Shown in pieces: positions 1-12,703 of a DNA stretch of 64,000 nucleotides; the stretch's first letter is position 1, and each line of letters starts with the position of its first letter. Under the pieces are notes generated by a model. The model did no database searches. It was given only the letters and a program-made list of their open reading frames with translations, and was not told the DNA's origin. Origin of the DNA: Piedraia hortae CBS 480.64 (Eukaryota); assembly GCA_010093745.1 (NCBI GenBank), contig MU005962.1, forward strand, positions 186,001 through 250,000. The letters are read 5' to 3'. The translations under genes and the position numbers were made by a program.

Positions 1-1
1 C

Positions 2-1744
2 GATGCGTCCCGCGCTCTTTCCAAAGCGAAAAAGTGGTTCGATCTTGATAATGCGGAATATCAACGATTGAAGAGTTCGAGGGATGGGTACGTGGTGCAG
101 AGTCTGCAGAATTATATGCTCGCTCTAACTGCCTCGGATGAACATGATATTGATGTGTTGAGTTTTTTTGCGATGTGGTTGGAGAATGCGTCGTCGGAGG
201 CGGCGAATAAGGTCGTCGCAGAGTTTTTGCCTGCTGTGCCGAGCTGGAAGTTTGCCGTGTTGATTAATCAACTCATGTCAAGACTGGGGAGCACGAGGAA
301 GTTTCAGGAAGCGTTGAAGGATCTAATCACCCGGATTGTTGATCAGCATCCTTACCATGGTCTTCATCAGCTTTTTGCAGCGACCCGGATACCCCAAAAT
401 GCAGACGATAGCGCCATGGAGCGATACTACTCCGCCACCGAAGTCCGAAAACGCCTCCAGACCCTCCCCCGCACCGGCGAAATCCTAAAAAATATGTTCG
501 AAGCCAACAGAGCCTACCACGACTTCTCCCTCAAACGACCCCCCGACAAAAAAGTCAAACTCACCGTCCGCGACTTCCCCCCCGCGGCGGAAATGATCTC
601 CCGCGTACGTCGAGTCCACGTCCCACCTGCAACCCTGCACATTCCCCTCTCCCCATCAGGAGACTACACCTCCCTCCCAACAATAACCCACTTCTCCCCC
701 ACTATCACCATCATGGGCGGCCTAAGTGCCCCAAAAAGCCTCACCACCACCTCCAGCGATGGGAGCAGGCACAAACAACTCTTCAAAGGCGGCGACGACG
801 ATCTCCGTCAAGACTCCATCATGGAGCAAGTTTTCGCCCAAGTAAGCTCCATGCTGCAGAAACATAAAGCCACAAGGCTCCGAAACCTGCATGTAAGAAC
901 ATACAAAGTGATCCCCCTCTCCCCTCGCTCGGGAATAATAGAGTTTGTTCCAAACTCGATTCCAATCGGCGAGTTTTTAAAACCCGCTCATGCGCAATAT
1001 ACCCCAAAATCGACGCCGTACTCGACCGCCTTTCGAAAAATTCGTGGGGCAGAGAAATCATCACTGAAAGAGCGCGTGAGCGAGTATCGTAAAATCTGCG
1101 ACGCTACACCGCCGGTTATGCGCCACTTTTTTCTCGAGCGATTCGCCGCTCCAGAGGGGTGGTTCGATGCTCGGATGGCCTATACACGCACCACAGCCGC
1201 GATTTCGATCTTGGGTTACACCCTCGGGTTGGGGGATAGACATTGTCAGAATATTCTATTGGATGAGGTTACGGGTGAGGTCGTGCATATCGACCTCGGA
1301 GTGGCGTTTGAAGCGGGACGGGTCCTACCTATCCCAGAAACTGTTCCTTTCAGGTTAACGAGGGATGTTGTGGATGGGATGGGGGGGGCGGAGGGGGTTT
1401 TCCGTAGGTGTTGTGAGTTTACGCTTGAGGCGTTGAGGATGGAGAGGGAAAATGTGATGGTGTTGCTTAATGTGTTGAGGTGGGATCCGCTTTATAGTTG
1501 GACGTTGTCGCCGTTGAGGGTGAGGAGGATGATGGATACCGATGGCGCGGGGGAGGGGGTTGGTGTGGAGCTTCCGGCGGTGCCCCAGGAGGAGGGAGGG
1601 GAAGCGGACCGCGCGCTGAGTATTGTGGAGAAGAAGTTGGGTGGGTCTCTTAGTGCCGCCGCCGCGGTAAGGGAGCTGATTCAGAGTGCGACGGATGAGA
1701 GGAATTTGGCGGTGTTGTTTGCCGGGTGGTCGGCTTGGATGTAG
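2..1744 (+). CDS. TEL1: ATM/Tel1 PIKK serine/threonine kinase, C-terminal part (5'-truncated by window)
   Basis: Open frame from base 2; PIKK motifs KGGDDDLRQD, LGLGDRHCQNILLD, VHIDLG, PETVPFRLTRD; FATC-like end LAVLFAGWSAWM. GLSAPK and GRVLPIPE are ATM-type. Confidence 0.93.
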   Translation, partial: DASRALSKAKKWFDLDNAEYQRLKSSRDGYVVQSLQNYMLALTASDEHDIDVLSFFAMWLENASSEAANKVVAEFLPAVPSWKFAVLINQLMSRLGSTRKFQEALKDLITRIVDQHPYHGLHQLFAATRIPQNADDSAMERYYSATEVRKRLQTLPRTGEILKNMFEANRAYHDFSLKRPPDKKVKLTVRDFPPAAEMISRVRRVHVPPATLHIPLSPSGDYTSLPTITHFSPTITIMGGLSAPKSLTTTSSDGSRHKQLFKGGDDDLRQDSIMEQVFAQVSSMLQKHKATRLRNLHVRTYKVIPLSPRSGIIEFVPNSIPIGEFLKPAHAQYTPKSTPYSTAFRKIRGAEKSSLKERVSEYRKICDATPPVMRHFFLERFAAPEGWFDARMAYTRTTAAISILGYTLGLGDRHCQNILLDEVTGEVVHIDLGVAFEAGRVLPIPETVPFRLTRDVVDGMGGAEGVFRRCCEFTLEALRMERENVMVLLNVLRWDPLYSWTLSPLRVRRMMDTDGAGEGVGVELPAVPQEEGGEADRALSIVEKKLGGSLSAAAAVRELIQSATDERNLAVLFAGWSAWM

Positions 1745-2574
1745 GGATAACCAAGGGGAGGGGGGTGTATAACGATGTTATAATGCGTGATTTTTGCTGT
1801 GCGGGAGTTGGGGGATGGGTTTTATGTACCTATAATGATGGAGGACGCTGTGAATAATGTTATATATTGCCCAGCCCGTTCGTGGTTGAAAATCCTTTCT
1901 GTGAGAGCTGAATGAGACGAGACCACGCATCTGATGTGTGCTTTGACACTCTAATGTGTTTACGGGATCATAAATCGTAGGGAGCTTGGAATGCACCGTG
2001 TGAGAAATCGGACAACACTGATCGCATAAATTGTAGGTTGAAAATATATCTGAGAGACAGTTGTGCCCTACACAGCATCCACACGGGCAGCATGAAATGA
2101 TTAATCCAAACCGCATGGTAGCGCAGCTTGAAAATTCTATCTGTTATGAACGGTTCCCATGCAGCCAACAGACACTTACGCCAACTCAATCATTGATTTT
2201 TCAACCTTGAATAATCGCTACATAGACTGCAAAGCATCCGCCCCATAAACTTGAGCAAATTTGTGGCGAAAAGTTTTCCGGGCCGTGTACAGAATGAGCC
2301 GCACAGGTTTCTGCGTCACTGGTTTCCATAATCTTTCAATGTAGGTTAGTCATTCTTCTATTACGGAAGCGGCGATGTTGTTTTCTGACTACAGTACACA
2401 TGATGGCGGTGACTGTTCAGGCCCACACAATTTTACACCACAACAAAAAGCCAGACGAACGCTTTCCAGTATCCATCCCAACGAAAGAAGTAGGTTCTGC
2501 GAGCCCTGCCAGCCCTTACGCGGTGCTTTTTTCTCGAATTTTTTCACACTGCTGATCCTCACAGATCCCCTGCT

Positions 2575-4120
2575 ATGAACTTCGTGGAGAATTTGAGAAG
2601 GCGTCTCACATGGGTAAAGTCTCGCCGCCGCCGGTCGTCGTCCTCCAGTACGACCCGGTAAGGAAAGAGCACGAATCTTTCGATACGTTTCAGGACAAGA
2701 TCAGAGCATTGACCCAAAGCACCGGAGCGTTCGACAGCATATCGCTGCAGCATCGTAGGAAAGGGCCTTTAACCGCGTGGTCATTGCCCATTTGAGAAAA
2801 GACGATCAGGCCGTCGATGGGATCTACCGCATAGCGCGGTCCTCAGAGACGCCAAGCAAAGTGCCCAAGCATGAGGAGCTGCTTTGTAAGGATATCCAAG
2901 ATAACGTGGCCATGCTACAGCTATTGAAAAGACACAATATCCCTGCGCCTAATTTCCTCGCCTTCGACGCTAGCAGGGAAAAACCCCTTGAACTGTCGTT
3001 ACATCTTTACTGCAGTCTCCCCGAGCACTTGCCTTGTAGACATTTACCCCAAGATTACTCACCGCGAGAGACTAAACATTGTCGAGGGACTGGTGGAATT
3101 CCTGCTCACTACGTATCGCGTACCTTTCCTCGTACCGGCATTCTGTGAACGTCTAGATGACACGATGTGTCGATCAAGGGATCGTGCTTTTCTGACGACT
3201 CTGAGATCGAGGTTGACGTCAAGCCCTTTGAGACTACATATAACTTGAAAATGGTGGAGCCGTTGGCAGATTTGATTTTCAGCATGCTTAAAGCACATAT
3301 CGAAGGGGAAGGGCATCATGCGCCCAGTGACCCAGTGAGAAACCTCCACGGGGTCAGTATTGAGATGAAAGAACATGGCATTTTCGACCTCCGACACACA
3401 GCAAGCGTATAACTTCAAGCAGCATTCTATACCACTGGGACTTGTTTCCCCGAAACCTAATGGTCGCGCGACCGAGCTCTGACCAAGACTGGAAAGTTGA
3501 CGTGGTCCTCGGCTGGAACAATGTGCGAGTTTTGCCTGCAGCATTGACTGCTATGGGACCGGACCGATGAATATGAAATGACCCATCTCAGAAGTGACGC
3601 CCTCGGGCACAGCGACGCTGACCTTTTTGACCCTTCGCGATATGACGCTAAAAGCGGAAGGCTGTCGCCCGGTGACCAGCAAGTCCACAGCCGCTTTGAG
3701 CAGCGGTTCGTCCAGGGTCTGGAAACCATCTACAATGGATACAACGCCGGCGATTACTACGATGAGGCGTATGGTGTTACGGTGCTCAGAGAAAAAGGTT
3801 CAATAAGTCCCAACAACGAGGACAATTCAAGGTCCTATCTACTGGGAAGTTATGATACTAAAAACAATCCAGAAACGCCGTCCACTCGCGCATGGTAGCG
3901 AGTGGATCTATGAATAACTAGCAGGGTGCGTCGGTGTATCAAATTCCCTGTGCGCTTAGGCGGCGCGGGTCGTCCCGCGCACACAGCCTCGCCTTAACAT
4001 ATGGAAGGGAACGTTGAATTTGACGCATGGCCCGCTTCGCAATTGATTCTGTCGGGCACCAAACTGCAGAATTGCTTGCGCATCTGGAAAATGATTGGGC
4101 GACGTTTGATCGGGGGTATG
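2575..4120 (+). pseudogene. Degenerate aminoglycoside phosphotransferase-like (APH/choline kinase fold) gene, multiple frameshifts and stops
   Basis: Motif pieces in different frames: AFNRVVIAHL (~2765), IPAPNFLAFDASREKPL (~2940), a VLGWNN-type segment (~3500); boundaries approximate. Confidence 0.55.
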
Positions 4121-4257
4121 CGATCAAGACGCCAAGGTAGCCGATTTTTGGTATACCCGGCCCATGCAGAATTACGGTTACGGAGGCTTGGAGGTTGGAG
4201 AGACTTGGATATGCGGGTACAAGTTCATGGGGTAGAGATGATTTTTGAAGCGATTGG

Positions 4258-4336
4258 GCTCCCATGGGTGAGAGTGCGCAGTGACCCGAAGAGGAGGGAG
4301 CGATAGACGTAATCAGGGACAGGACAGATGTAGATG
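4258..4336 (+). repeat. Left arm of dispersed repeat (copy A), inverted homolog of 33560-33638
   Basis: Manual alignment, about 70/79 identical to the reverse complement of 33560-33638. Confidence 0.9.
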
Positions 4337-4433
4337 AAAGAGGTCACAGACCAGCCGAGACACTCGAGGAAGGTTTACCGCAGGATCAGCGGTCCCGACG
4401 CCCTCAGAAACCTCTGCATCGGACGATACTGTG

Positions 4434-6296
4434 ATGGTGACCGGTCGGGCGACTCCCCCCACAGGGGTCTCTGCATCCGACAAAGGATTCAAGTTCACCG
4501 ACATCGTCCCGACCTTTGCAGGGCAATCCGAGTTATGCGAGGAGTTCACCCTCAAGTTAGACCTCGCCCGGGCCATCCTGCCCGGGCTTGAGGGAGATCC
4601 GGCCGCACTCCGCGCCATGATCGCTGCCCGTCTTACGAGTACCGCTGGAACATGGTTCGTTGAGGCCGCGCTCCGGCGCCCAGGCTCCGTGGGGACCGTT
4701 GACCTGCTGGTCGCGGCCATCAAGGAGCGATTTGGGCAGTCGGTTGCTACCCGGCGGGCCCAGGCCGCTAAACGCTGGGATCAGCTGAAGTATTCTTCCC
4801 TGGGCCAGCTACATGCTGACCTGGAAACCCTCGGGGGACAGCTCGGCCTTACCTATGCCGCCCAGGAACACAAAGCGTACGAACTCCTGCCCCGCTCCTA
4901 CCTCATGTACATGGGGCCTATGGGCAGTGAGGAGAGTTTGTCAGATCTGCGCGACGCTATCGAAAAGGCCAGCTTGACCGTCGGGGTCACCGGCCAGGAT
5001 GCCGGCCCTAAAAGGACAACGAACTGTAAACGTGGGCGCAACCGAAATAAAGCCCCCCAGGCCGTATGCACCCGCTGCAAGCGGACGGGACACGTTGATT
5101 CCAAATGCTATGCTAAAACCACTGCGGATGGCAAGGCAATAAACGCCGTTCGCGTCCACGGCGCTCATCACGATCTGCTGCGCCGCCGTGACATCGAAGT
5201 GGATGAGCGCACGGTGACCGCGTTGCTGGATTCGGGCGCCGAACTGAACTGCCTACGGGAATCCATGTGGCACGGGCCCGCCACCCCGTCAACCGTGTCC
5301 ATTCAAGGGATAACGGGAGACCTCGTAGCGACGGACCTGTCTACAGTCCTTTTGACAGTCGATAATAGGGTCTTTACCTTTTACTTGGTACCGGGGCTTT
5401 CTGAGGAAGCCATCCTTGGTGAACCCTTTTTTGCATCGACTCAAGAATTTGCAGTCTGCTCGTTCGATACGAAAAGCCTGATGGAAGACGGTGGGCGACT
5501 TTGCCCGCTATCTATCCCGGAGGACCTGGCAATGACCAAATACATCGCAAAGGGCCTGCGCAATCAATGGATCCGCCCGTCTAACCCAATGACTAGCTGC
5601 AACCCGCTGTTCGTCCCAAAGAAGGATGGCACCCTACGCCTTTGCGTGGACTACCGCCCGCTTAATGCGATCACCACTAGAGATAAGTACCCGCTACCAC
5701 GCTTAATGGACCTGCTTCAAAAGGCGGCCAAAGCGCATGTCTTCTCTGTCCTCGATCTTAAGAACGCGTTCTACAATGTCCGCATCCTTCCAGGACAAGA
5801 ACACCTGACTAGTTTTAAGACCCCTCAAGGATGCTTTGAATACCTGGTCATGCTTTTCGGCATTACTAACGGGCCACCTATCTTTCAAAAATTTATTGAT
5901 AACCTACTCCAGCCGGTCTCATCATTCGCCGCAGCTTACATTGATGACATCATTGTCTTTGCGGACGGCCACGCAGACCACCAGGACAAATTGGACGCCG
6001 TCCTCGCTCTTCTCGAATCCCGCAACCTCCAGCATTCGGTTACTAAGGCCCAGTTGGGCCTCTCCACTGTCAAATATTTGGGCCATACGGTCTCTCACAA
6101 TCAAATTGCTCCGTCACCCGATATCGACGCCATGGTTTCGTGGCCCGTTCCGCAGTCCACACGGGAACTGCAGCAATTCTTAGGCACAGCCAACTGGTTC
6201 AGAGACTTTACCCCATCTCTCGCTGAAGTTGCCGCGCCGCTCTATCAGCTGACATCAGCGCCCTTAGTCAATACCAGTGTCGAAATGACAGTGTGA
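4434..6296 (+). mobile_element. Ty3/Gypsy-derived single ORF: Gag, CCHC knuckle, aspartic protease, RT; no RNase H, integrase or LTRs
   Basis: CTRCKRTGHVDSKC knuckle, LLDSGA protease, KKDGTLRLCVDYRPLN, LDLKNAFY, YIDD, FLGTANWFRDF. Homology ends at AAPLYQLTS. Confidence 0.93.
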
Positions 6297-6530
6297 ATGA
6301 CTATCTATATCTATGAGGGGACGTCAGAATGAAAATTCTGTACCGATGGGCCGGTGACGTCACGTCGTACACTAGCAGGGCGCATTCGCCATGTCACATA
6401 TGGCATGACCCTGCGGGAAAACCTCTGTGAGGGAAAAACCTAGGGTGCAGCTGGTAGTGTGGGAGGTGTCGCTGACTTGCTATGCAAGTGCCCCGCATAC
6501 GCGCTAGTGGCGATGCTTGAATCCAACAAT
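6266..6530 (+). repeat. Right arm of dispersed repeat (copy A), inverted homolog of 33289-33553
   Basis: Manual alignment, about 15 substitutions in ~215 nt of the core; contains GTGACGTCAC palindrome. Confidence 0.92.
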
Positions 6531-8830
6531 TTCCTAAGCGCGTGGAAGGTTTGAAGAGGTGATTTAGCGGGATGTAGAGACGAAGGGATGGCAGGACGAC
6601 TATCCCGGGAGGTGTGCAAGGTGTTGGTACTTTAGGATTGGCAAGATTCGAGGGGGGGTGTTTCTCGGGCTGATACAATATTGGTTTGCCTCGTCTGGCT
6701 TATCCGGATAGGTAGCAAAATACTGTTCATTCGCTTACCGTATCTGCGTTGCAATTTTTTTTCGCAGTGCAGGGCTATGATCAGCTAACTGTGATAAGAG
6801 GTGCTGAATCAGACAAGCGATACTACCTCAGACAGCGATGCTAACTCATACCCGGAGCCAAACAGTCGAACAGTTCGCAGCATTACCTGTATGCTTTGGG
6901 GCTCTTACATAAAATCCCCAAGGGACAAGGAGATCGGACAGCCTTGGAGGTGGTCACTTTGACGCGATTGAATTCCATGAGGCTTTTCTTGAGGTTATGT
7001 CGAGTTAGCACCACCAGCCGCCCTATAGCACGCAAAATCATTCGGTTGACCAGCTCAGCCTGGCACAATCCCCCAGACAAAATCCAACAGTCAGTCATGT
7101 AGTACTATGACGCTGTATGAGCAACACCAGAAGCCCTTAAACTCGTCCTCACCCAGCTTCATCATTGCTGGTTACCGAATTGGTAGTTGCAACACAAGCA
7201 ATCCACGATACGCTATCACATGCTGACGTAGATGATGGACGAGGTATACTGCATCGTTGCGTCTGCGAAGAATAGATGCCTTTACTCCTGGAAAGTAAAG
7301 TCTGGTGTGCACTGGGCTTCCTGATTTCGGGAGAATGTGTTACACAGTTGATCGTGGCTTGGGATATTCTCATCATTGATCCTGATGGATACGAAGTGCT
7401 GCACGGATGATAACAACAGGAAGGCCGAGAAACTTCCGCATTTTCGGCTGGTTAAGCGTTTCCACAACTTTCATGCCGGGCTGAGTCATGTGGGCACCAT
7501 CGTGGCACCACCAGCCGTCTTCAGCGAGGGACACTTCACCAGCCATGACGCGTCCTTGAAGCCGCTCCTCTTGGTATTCGCTCTTGCTGCATGCGGGGCT
7601 CATGCATGGTTTATGGATATATGCGGAGATTGGGCATTATGCATCAGACTCCCCGCCTTGGCGCACGGCGGAGGCGTTGAAAGCCCGTTCGAAGATGATG
7701 TCAGCTATCAGCAGCACGAATCTTCTGTGCCAATCGCCTGGAGTATGGGAAATGCGATCTTGTCCACGTAATCATTGCTTGAGTGGCCTCCAATGAATCA
7801 AGGCCAACTTGGCTGATTGCCCACACCTGTGCCAATTCTCAACCGCCGTCTCACTTCTTTCGGCCCTTCCCCCTTTCCCATCTTCTCATCTGACTTCTGC
7901 TCAGTCGACGCCTTATCTACGGCCTTCTGGTCCGTTGCCTGTGGAAGAGTTAGCAATCAACCTCGTTAGCGTGATGTATTGAGGACTACTCACTTGGACA
8001 GCATTCTTCGCCAAGAAAATGCGTTGTATTTTTGTGGACGCGACAGGGTGCCAGGTGGGCGCCGCAGTAGGACTTGGTGCTTGTATCCTCATTCCGCCTG
8101 GCATACCGGCGTAAACAATTGCCTTGCTTCTATCCCGGGCAGTGCAAATGTATTGTCTGCGTCATGCTTCCCTGTTCTCGTGTTTTGTCTTGGTATGAGG
8201 TTGAGTTGCCGTGGCATTGGCGCAACACTTTTGATCCACTGCCTCGGGGTGAGGCAGGAGCAACCATGGCGTGTGGTTCTTTGTTCAACTGAGAAGGTCC
8301 CTGCCATTCGGGAGAGATGTTGATGTGCACTAGACAGTGCCCGGAGAAAAGTTGGCACCGATCGGGAAACAGCGTGATCATCATGGTCTTTTCGGGGCCC
8401 CGGCCTGGCTTTTGGGCGTGGCCCTGGGCCGCATTTTTCTCGTTGTGCTTCGAGCAGACGATCCAGTGGGGTTGAAGATAGTGTGCTGTCGTGTGCTTCC
8501 CTTCCCATGCGATGCGCTAATTGGCATTGCTGGTGCCATGTTGGAAGCTCTCTGATCGTTTTATGCCAAAGGAGTGGAGAAATCTACTCACGCTACTCCG
8601 ATGTGGCGAAGGGTGAGCCGGTCAACAGTGTGTGTGATATTGAATATTGTTGACGGACGTTCCAAAGGGATCCGGCCGGTACCGGCCGAGAGCTGACAAC
8701 ACCTCAATCTCATAGCCGGATACCATAGAATTGTCAAACGATATCATAGTATCACCGCCATCTCATCGTTCATCATGTGAATCCGTAACTATAAGAAAGA
8801 GGAAGTGAGGGGAAGACTTGTGTGCCAAGA

Positions 8831-9330
8831 CTACCCCGCAATCTGGCATGACATCTGTTGTGACTCACGGCCCTCTCGCACGGATGGTGGATAATGAATC
8901 CATGAGGTGGTAAGGTGAAGTGCGGAGTTTTGCATTGCGCTACATCCGGATCTAGCCGCATTCATCGAGACGACGTCACCGAAAACACGCATTTCGTGTA
9001 TTATTGCGTCTTTTAAAGTTACACGATCCGATCTCCAATTCCTCTGGGGTCTATGAGTTTGAACCCATATCAAGCCCAAGAAAACATCGCAATGATCCAA
9101 TTGCAGGATGCGAGCATGCATGGTGCTTTGCCATTTGCCGAGCAGATCTGGTAAGCGGATGCTATGTCTGACATGGGTCTATCCGGCGTGGAAATATACG
9201 GACACATTACTGTGCTGGTGGTTGCAACAATCTAGATAAATAAAAGAGCTTGCTCACCAATTTGTTGTGCGTGCCATCATTCGTTGATGAAGTAGTCAAC
9301 TTTCGCTTTTGTAGGGCCATTTAGTATGTA
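8831..9330 (-). mobile_element. Ty3/Gypsy protease relic
   Basis: CDVFLGLIWVQTHRPQRNW resembles the retropepsin C-terminal D.ILG.PWL..H.P.IDW motif; stops present. Confidence 0.55.
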
Positions 9331-9796
9331 GTTGGGAGTTGTTGAAGAAGACAACAACGCAAGGCGAAGGTGGGACTGAAACTCATGGCTGCTTCACCTT
9401 TCGCCATAGTACGAACTTGTGCAGTCACGCACAGGTTGATCTCCCAAAGGAACTGCGGAGAGATGTACGCATCACACGCTGGATCCCAATTTGAGTTCAT
9501 AACCAAGTGCCATGGTCGCTGTCTGGCTACTTTACATCCACAGCTGTCAAGGCGTTCACGTCGCACTCCACTCTTTCTTACCGAATACGGATAGTGACAT
9601 GTCTAAAGACCCTGTCAAAGTTTGTCATCTTCCCCGCGCCACCTCCACACATCAAAATTTTGACAACCCCGCAGCAAACTTTTGATACCCAGCACGACAC
9701 AACAATGCGACCCAACGCATACTTTCAAAGATACTGTACGACACCCAAAAGCGATATTCCGCGCAGCAACGTAAACTATTGGCATTGCTCTAGCAC

Positions 9797-10780
9797 TCAA
9801 GTATTGGCGCCATTGGGTGGAGGGAGGAGGTGTACTGAACTTTCCCGACTACCATCACCGAACGACCTGGGAACCAGCAAGGACGTCACCAATGCCTTGA
9901 TCGTCAACCACGCTATCTTCGCATCCTCAGTTGAGTTAACGAGTACGTGCTTATCGCCTTTCGCTACATCCATGAATAGTCCAGACAGTGCCGAGTAGCT
10001 CTTAATCAGCGGTCTGCAATAACTGACCGCGCTGACAAATCCCCGTGTCTCGGACATATTCGTTGGCAAGGGACTATGCCAAATGGCCTTGATATTTGTC
10101 TTCGTCAACTGCAACTCCGTCTTCGCTGATGTGGAATTCTAGAATCACTCCACTCCCGGCGTGCCACTTACATTCAGCTGGATTGAGCAGCAGTCCATAC
10201 TCGACGACCCTCTCCAAAAGCGCGTTCTCCCCCTTCACTAACTCTTGTTCCGAGTCGTCCCACACAAAACCATCGTCAAGTAGGCTGGTTGTGAATTTGT
10301 GCAAGGGAGCCGAGACTTCGCACATGAATACCTGGAATGCTTCAGAAGATTTGGTCAAGCCGAAAGGCATGACCTGCCATTCGAAATGGCCGAAGGGCGT
10401 TACAGACGCCGCATTCGCCTTACCACGTTCGTCCAGCTTGACATACTGGAATCCCGATTTCAGGTCCAAGAACGTGTAGACTCTGTGGCCCATGTACGTA
10501 GGTGGTGTCGAGATATGGTTCCAAGATGCCATTGCCCTATCTCTACCAGCAGGCTGACGCATTGGTAAGCTCAAAGTAAAGCACGAGACTTTCGTATGAT
10601 ACAGGTCCGACCTGCAAACTAATGCGGTTTCAAGACGTCACTAGCTTTGACTCTGATGCGGTTGAATATTGTCTATATCACATAGAACTTGGAACCGGAA
10701 GAGGCCTCCTGAATATCACTTCAGAGGAGTAAGGACCATGTCTAGGCATTTCCATCTCGGTGATAGCGATGGCGCAGTGA
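9797..10780 (-). mobile_element. Ty3/Gypsy RT relics (two partly redundant RT fragments)
   Basis: FLDLKSGFQYV..TPFGHFEWQVMPFGLT..LLDD (10074-10574); frameshifted connection domain (9797-10114); second RT piece FNRIRVKASD / YESLVLYFELTNASA at ~10550-10700. Confidence 0.8.
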
Positions 10781-10949
10781 AGGAAATCATTGGGATCACA
10801 TGTTTGGTTTCTCCATAAGACGTTTGAAGTCTGGGGGCGAGGGGTGTGGATGTAAACTTGGAAGTTTCACTTCAATTCTGCAAGGTGTTCCTAGCTTCAC
10901 TTGTTTATCTACAGCTCGTTCATATTATCGGATCAAATATGACCAAGAA

Positions 10950-11300
10950 AACACTCTTGAACACTGTACAATTTTGGAAACTGGTTTACAGGCTTTATTT
11001 CTAAGAAAACCAGCTGTATGTAGTTGAAAGAAGGGATTGCCATTAGAATTTCTGCGTCTCCTCATCTTAGGATGAGGCACCACTGTTGAATCTTGGCCTT
11101 GTCAGCATTGGGATCTTGACTGGCTCCAATCCCCCTAGTAGCACTTCACAGAGCAACATGATTGCTTTCATCAACTGCTCGTCTAAAAGGTCGTTCTCTG
11201 GGGCAGAGCGTGCCAATGCACAATCCCATTCATGCTATTCTGGGTGCCGTCGCTGAACACTGTGACTTCTGGAAGTGATTCACGCACGAAGATGTCCAGA
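10950..11300 (+). mobile_element. Highly degenerate Ty3/Gypsy RT-connection/RNase H relic
   Basis: NWFTGFI (~10980), RSFSGAER and HAILGAVAEH (~11190-11260) echo the NWFR.FI and SRKLS.AE.NY..LLAI motifs. Confidence 0.4.
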
Positions 11301-11745
11301 CTCCCTATCACGACCTTCCGACCCTCTACGGTGAAACGACGAAGCAGTGGAGCTACAAAACCTCTCTAGCTGCAAGAACTCTCTATTGTCTGTCCATTTT
11401 CAATCTACTAAGGTTGAACGGCTTGAACCTTGGATTCAACTTCACCTCACCAGGACTCTGATCTCTTCCAGAGAGATGAAGTCCCGCCATGTGATGAAAC
11501 TGGCCGCTACTTCATCTTCAGAGAGTCTCTGCATCGTGTTCTCCATGCAGTCGCAACGATTTTTTTGTTTTCCCACACTGTTCTCGCATTCTAACTCAGT
11601 GCTAATGCAGGTCCTCCCGCCACAACATTTAACCCCCCAACAAACCGATAAGCAGACGCGGGGTAAGCTGACCTAAATTCAGCCCGTCAAGCTGAACCCA
11701 ATAACCAAAACATAACCCTGCACCCCTTTCACACCCACATCCATA

Positions 11746-12687
11746 ATGCCAACGTCCCCCCATCCCAAACCAAAAACCTACCTCGACCTAATCAACGAAT
11801 GCGACAACTTCCCCTACACCTCCACGAACGAATACTACACCTTACACGTCAACAACGCCAACACCCCAGGTCTGGGCCTCATCCTCCCTTCCATCGCGGA
11901 AAAGATAAGCACCTACCTAAACTGGACTCTCTCAAGAGAAACACAAACCCTCACCCTACACGGCCCAGACGAAGCGTCCCGCACACGAACAGTTCACGAA
12001 ACATTCACCTCCCTGCGGGAACAGGGCTCCTTCTCAATCCTCAAAGGATGGCGGAACGAGCTCTATTCGATATATGGGGCTGATGGGTCTGTGCTGTTTA
12101 AAATTGAAAGGGCAGCGAGCGGGCTGCTGGGTGTGGTTACCTATGGGTGTCATATGACGTGTTATATGAAAGAGAAAGGGGCGGAGTATAGGTTCTGGAT
12201 TCCGCGCCGCGCGAGGACGAAGGAAACGTATCCATCTATGTTGGATAACTCCGTTGCAGGGGGGATTGCGGAGGGGGAGACGCCTTTTAGTGCGCTGGTG
12301 CGTGAGGCCGAGGAGGAGGCTTCGCTCTCGGAGGCGGTGGTTAGGGAGGGGACGAGAGCCGCTGGCGCGGTTACGTATTTTCATGTTAGGGATGGGAGGG
12401 CGGGTGGGGAGGTTGGGCTGCTTCAGCCGGAGTGTCAGTTCGTTTATGATCTCGATTTGACAGGGAGAGAGGCGAGGTTGACGCCGGGGGATGGGGAGGT
12501 TGAGGGTTTTCAATTGATGGGATTGGAGGAAGTTATAGAAGCGCTGCGCGCGGGGAAGTTCAAGCCTAATTGTGCGTTGGTCATGTTGGACTTTTTTGTG
12601 AGGCATGGGATTATGACGGATACGGAGGAGGGGTATTTGGAGATTGTGGCGAGACTGCATCGAAGGTTGGAGTTTCCTATGAGGTGA
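11746..12687 (+). CDS. Nudix hydrolase, DUF4743 / thiamine pyrophosphokinase-related (YJR142W-like)
   Basis: GWRNELY, ERAASGLLGVVTYGCH, LDNSVAGG, Nudix box REAEEEAS, FKPNCALV. Confidence 0.9.
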   Translation: MPTSPHPKPKTYLDLINECDNFPYTSTNEYYTLHVNNANTPGLGLILPSIAEKISTYLNWTLSRETQTLTLHGPDEASRTRTVHETFTSLREQGSFSILKGWRNELYSIYGADGSVLFKIERAASGLLGVVTYGCHMTCYMKEKGAEYRFWIPRRARTKETYPSMLDNSVAGGIAEGETPFSALVREAEEEASLSEAVVREGTRAAGAVTYFHVRDGRAGGEVGLLQPECQFVYDLDLTGREARLTPGDGEVEGFQLMGLEEVIEALRAGKFKPNCALVMLDFFVRHGIMTDTEEGYLEIVARLHRRLEFPMR

Positions 12688-12703
12688 TCCATCCGTGGAG
12701 GGT

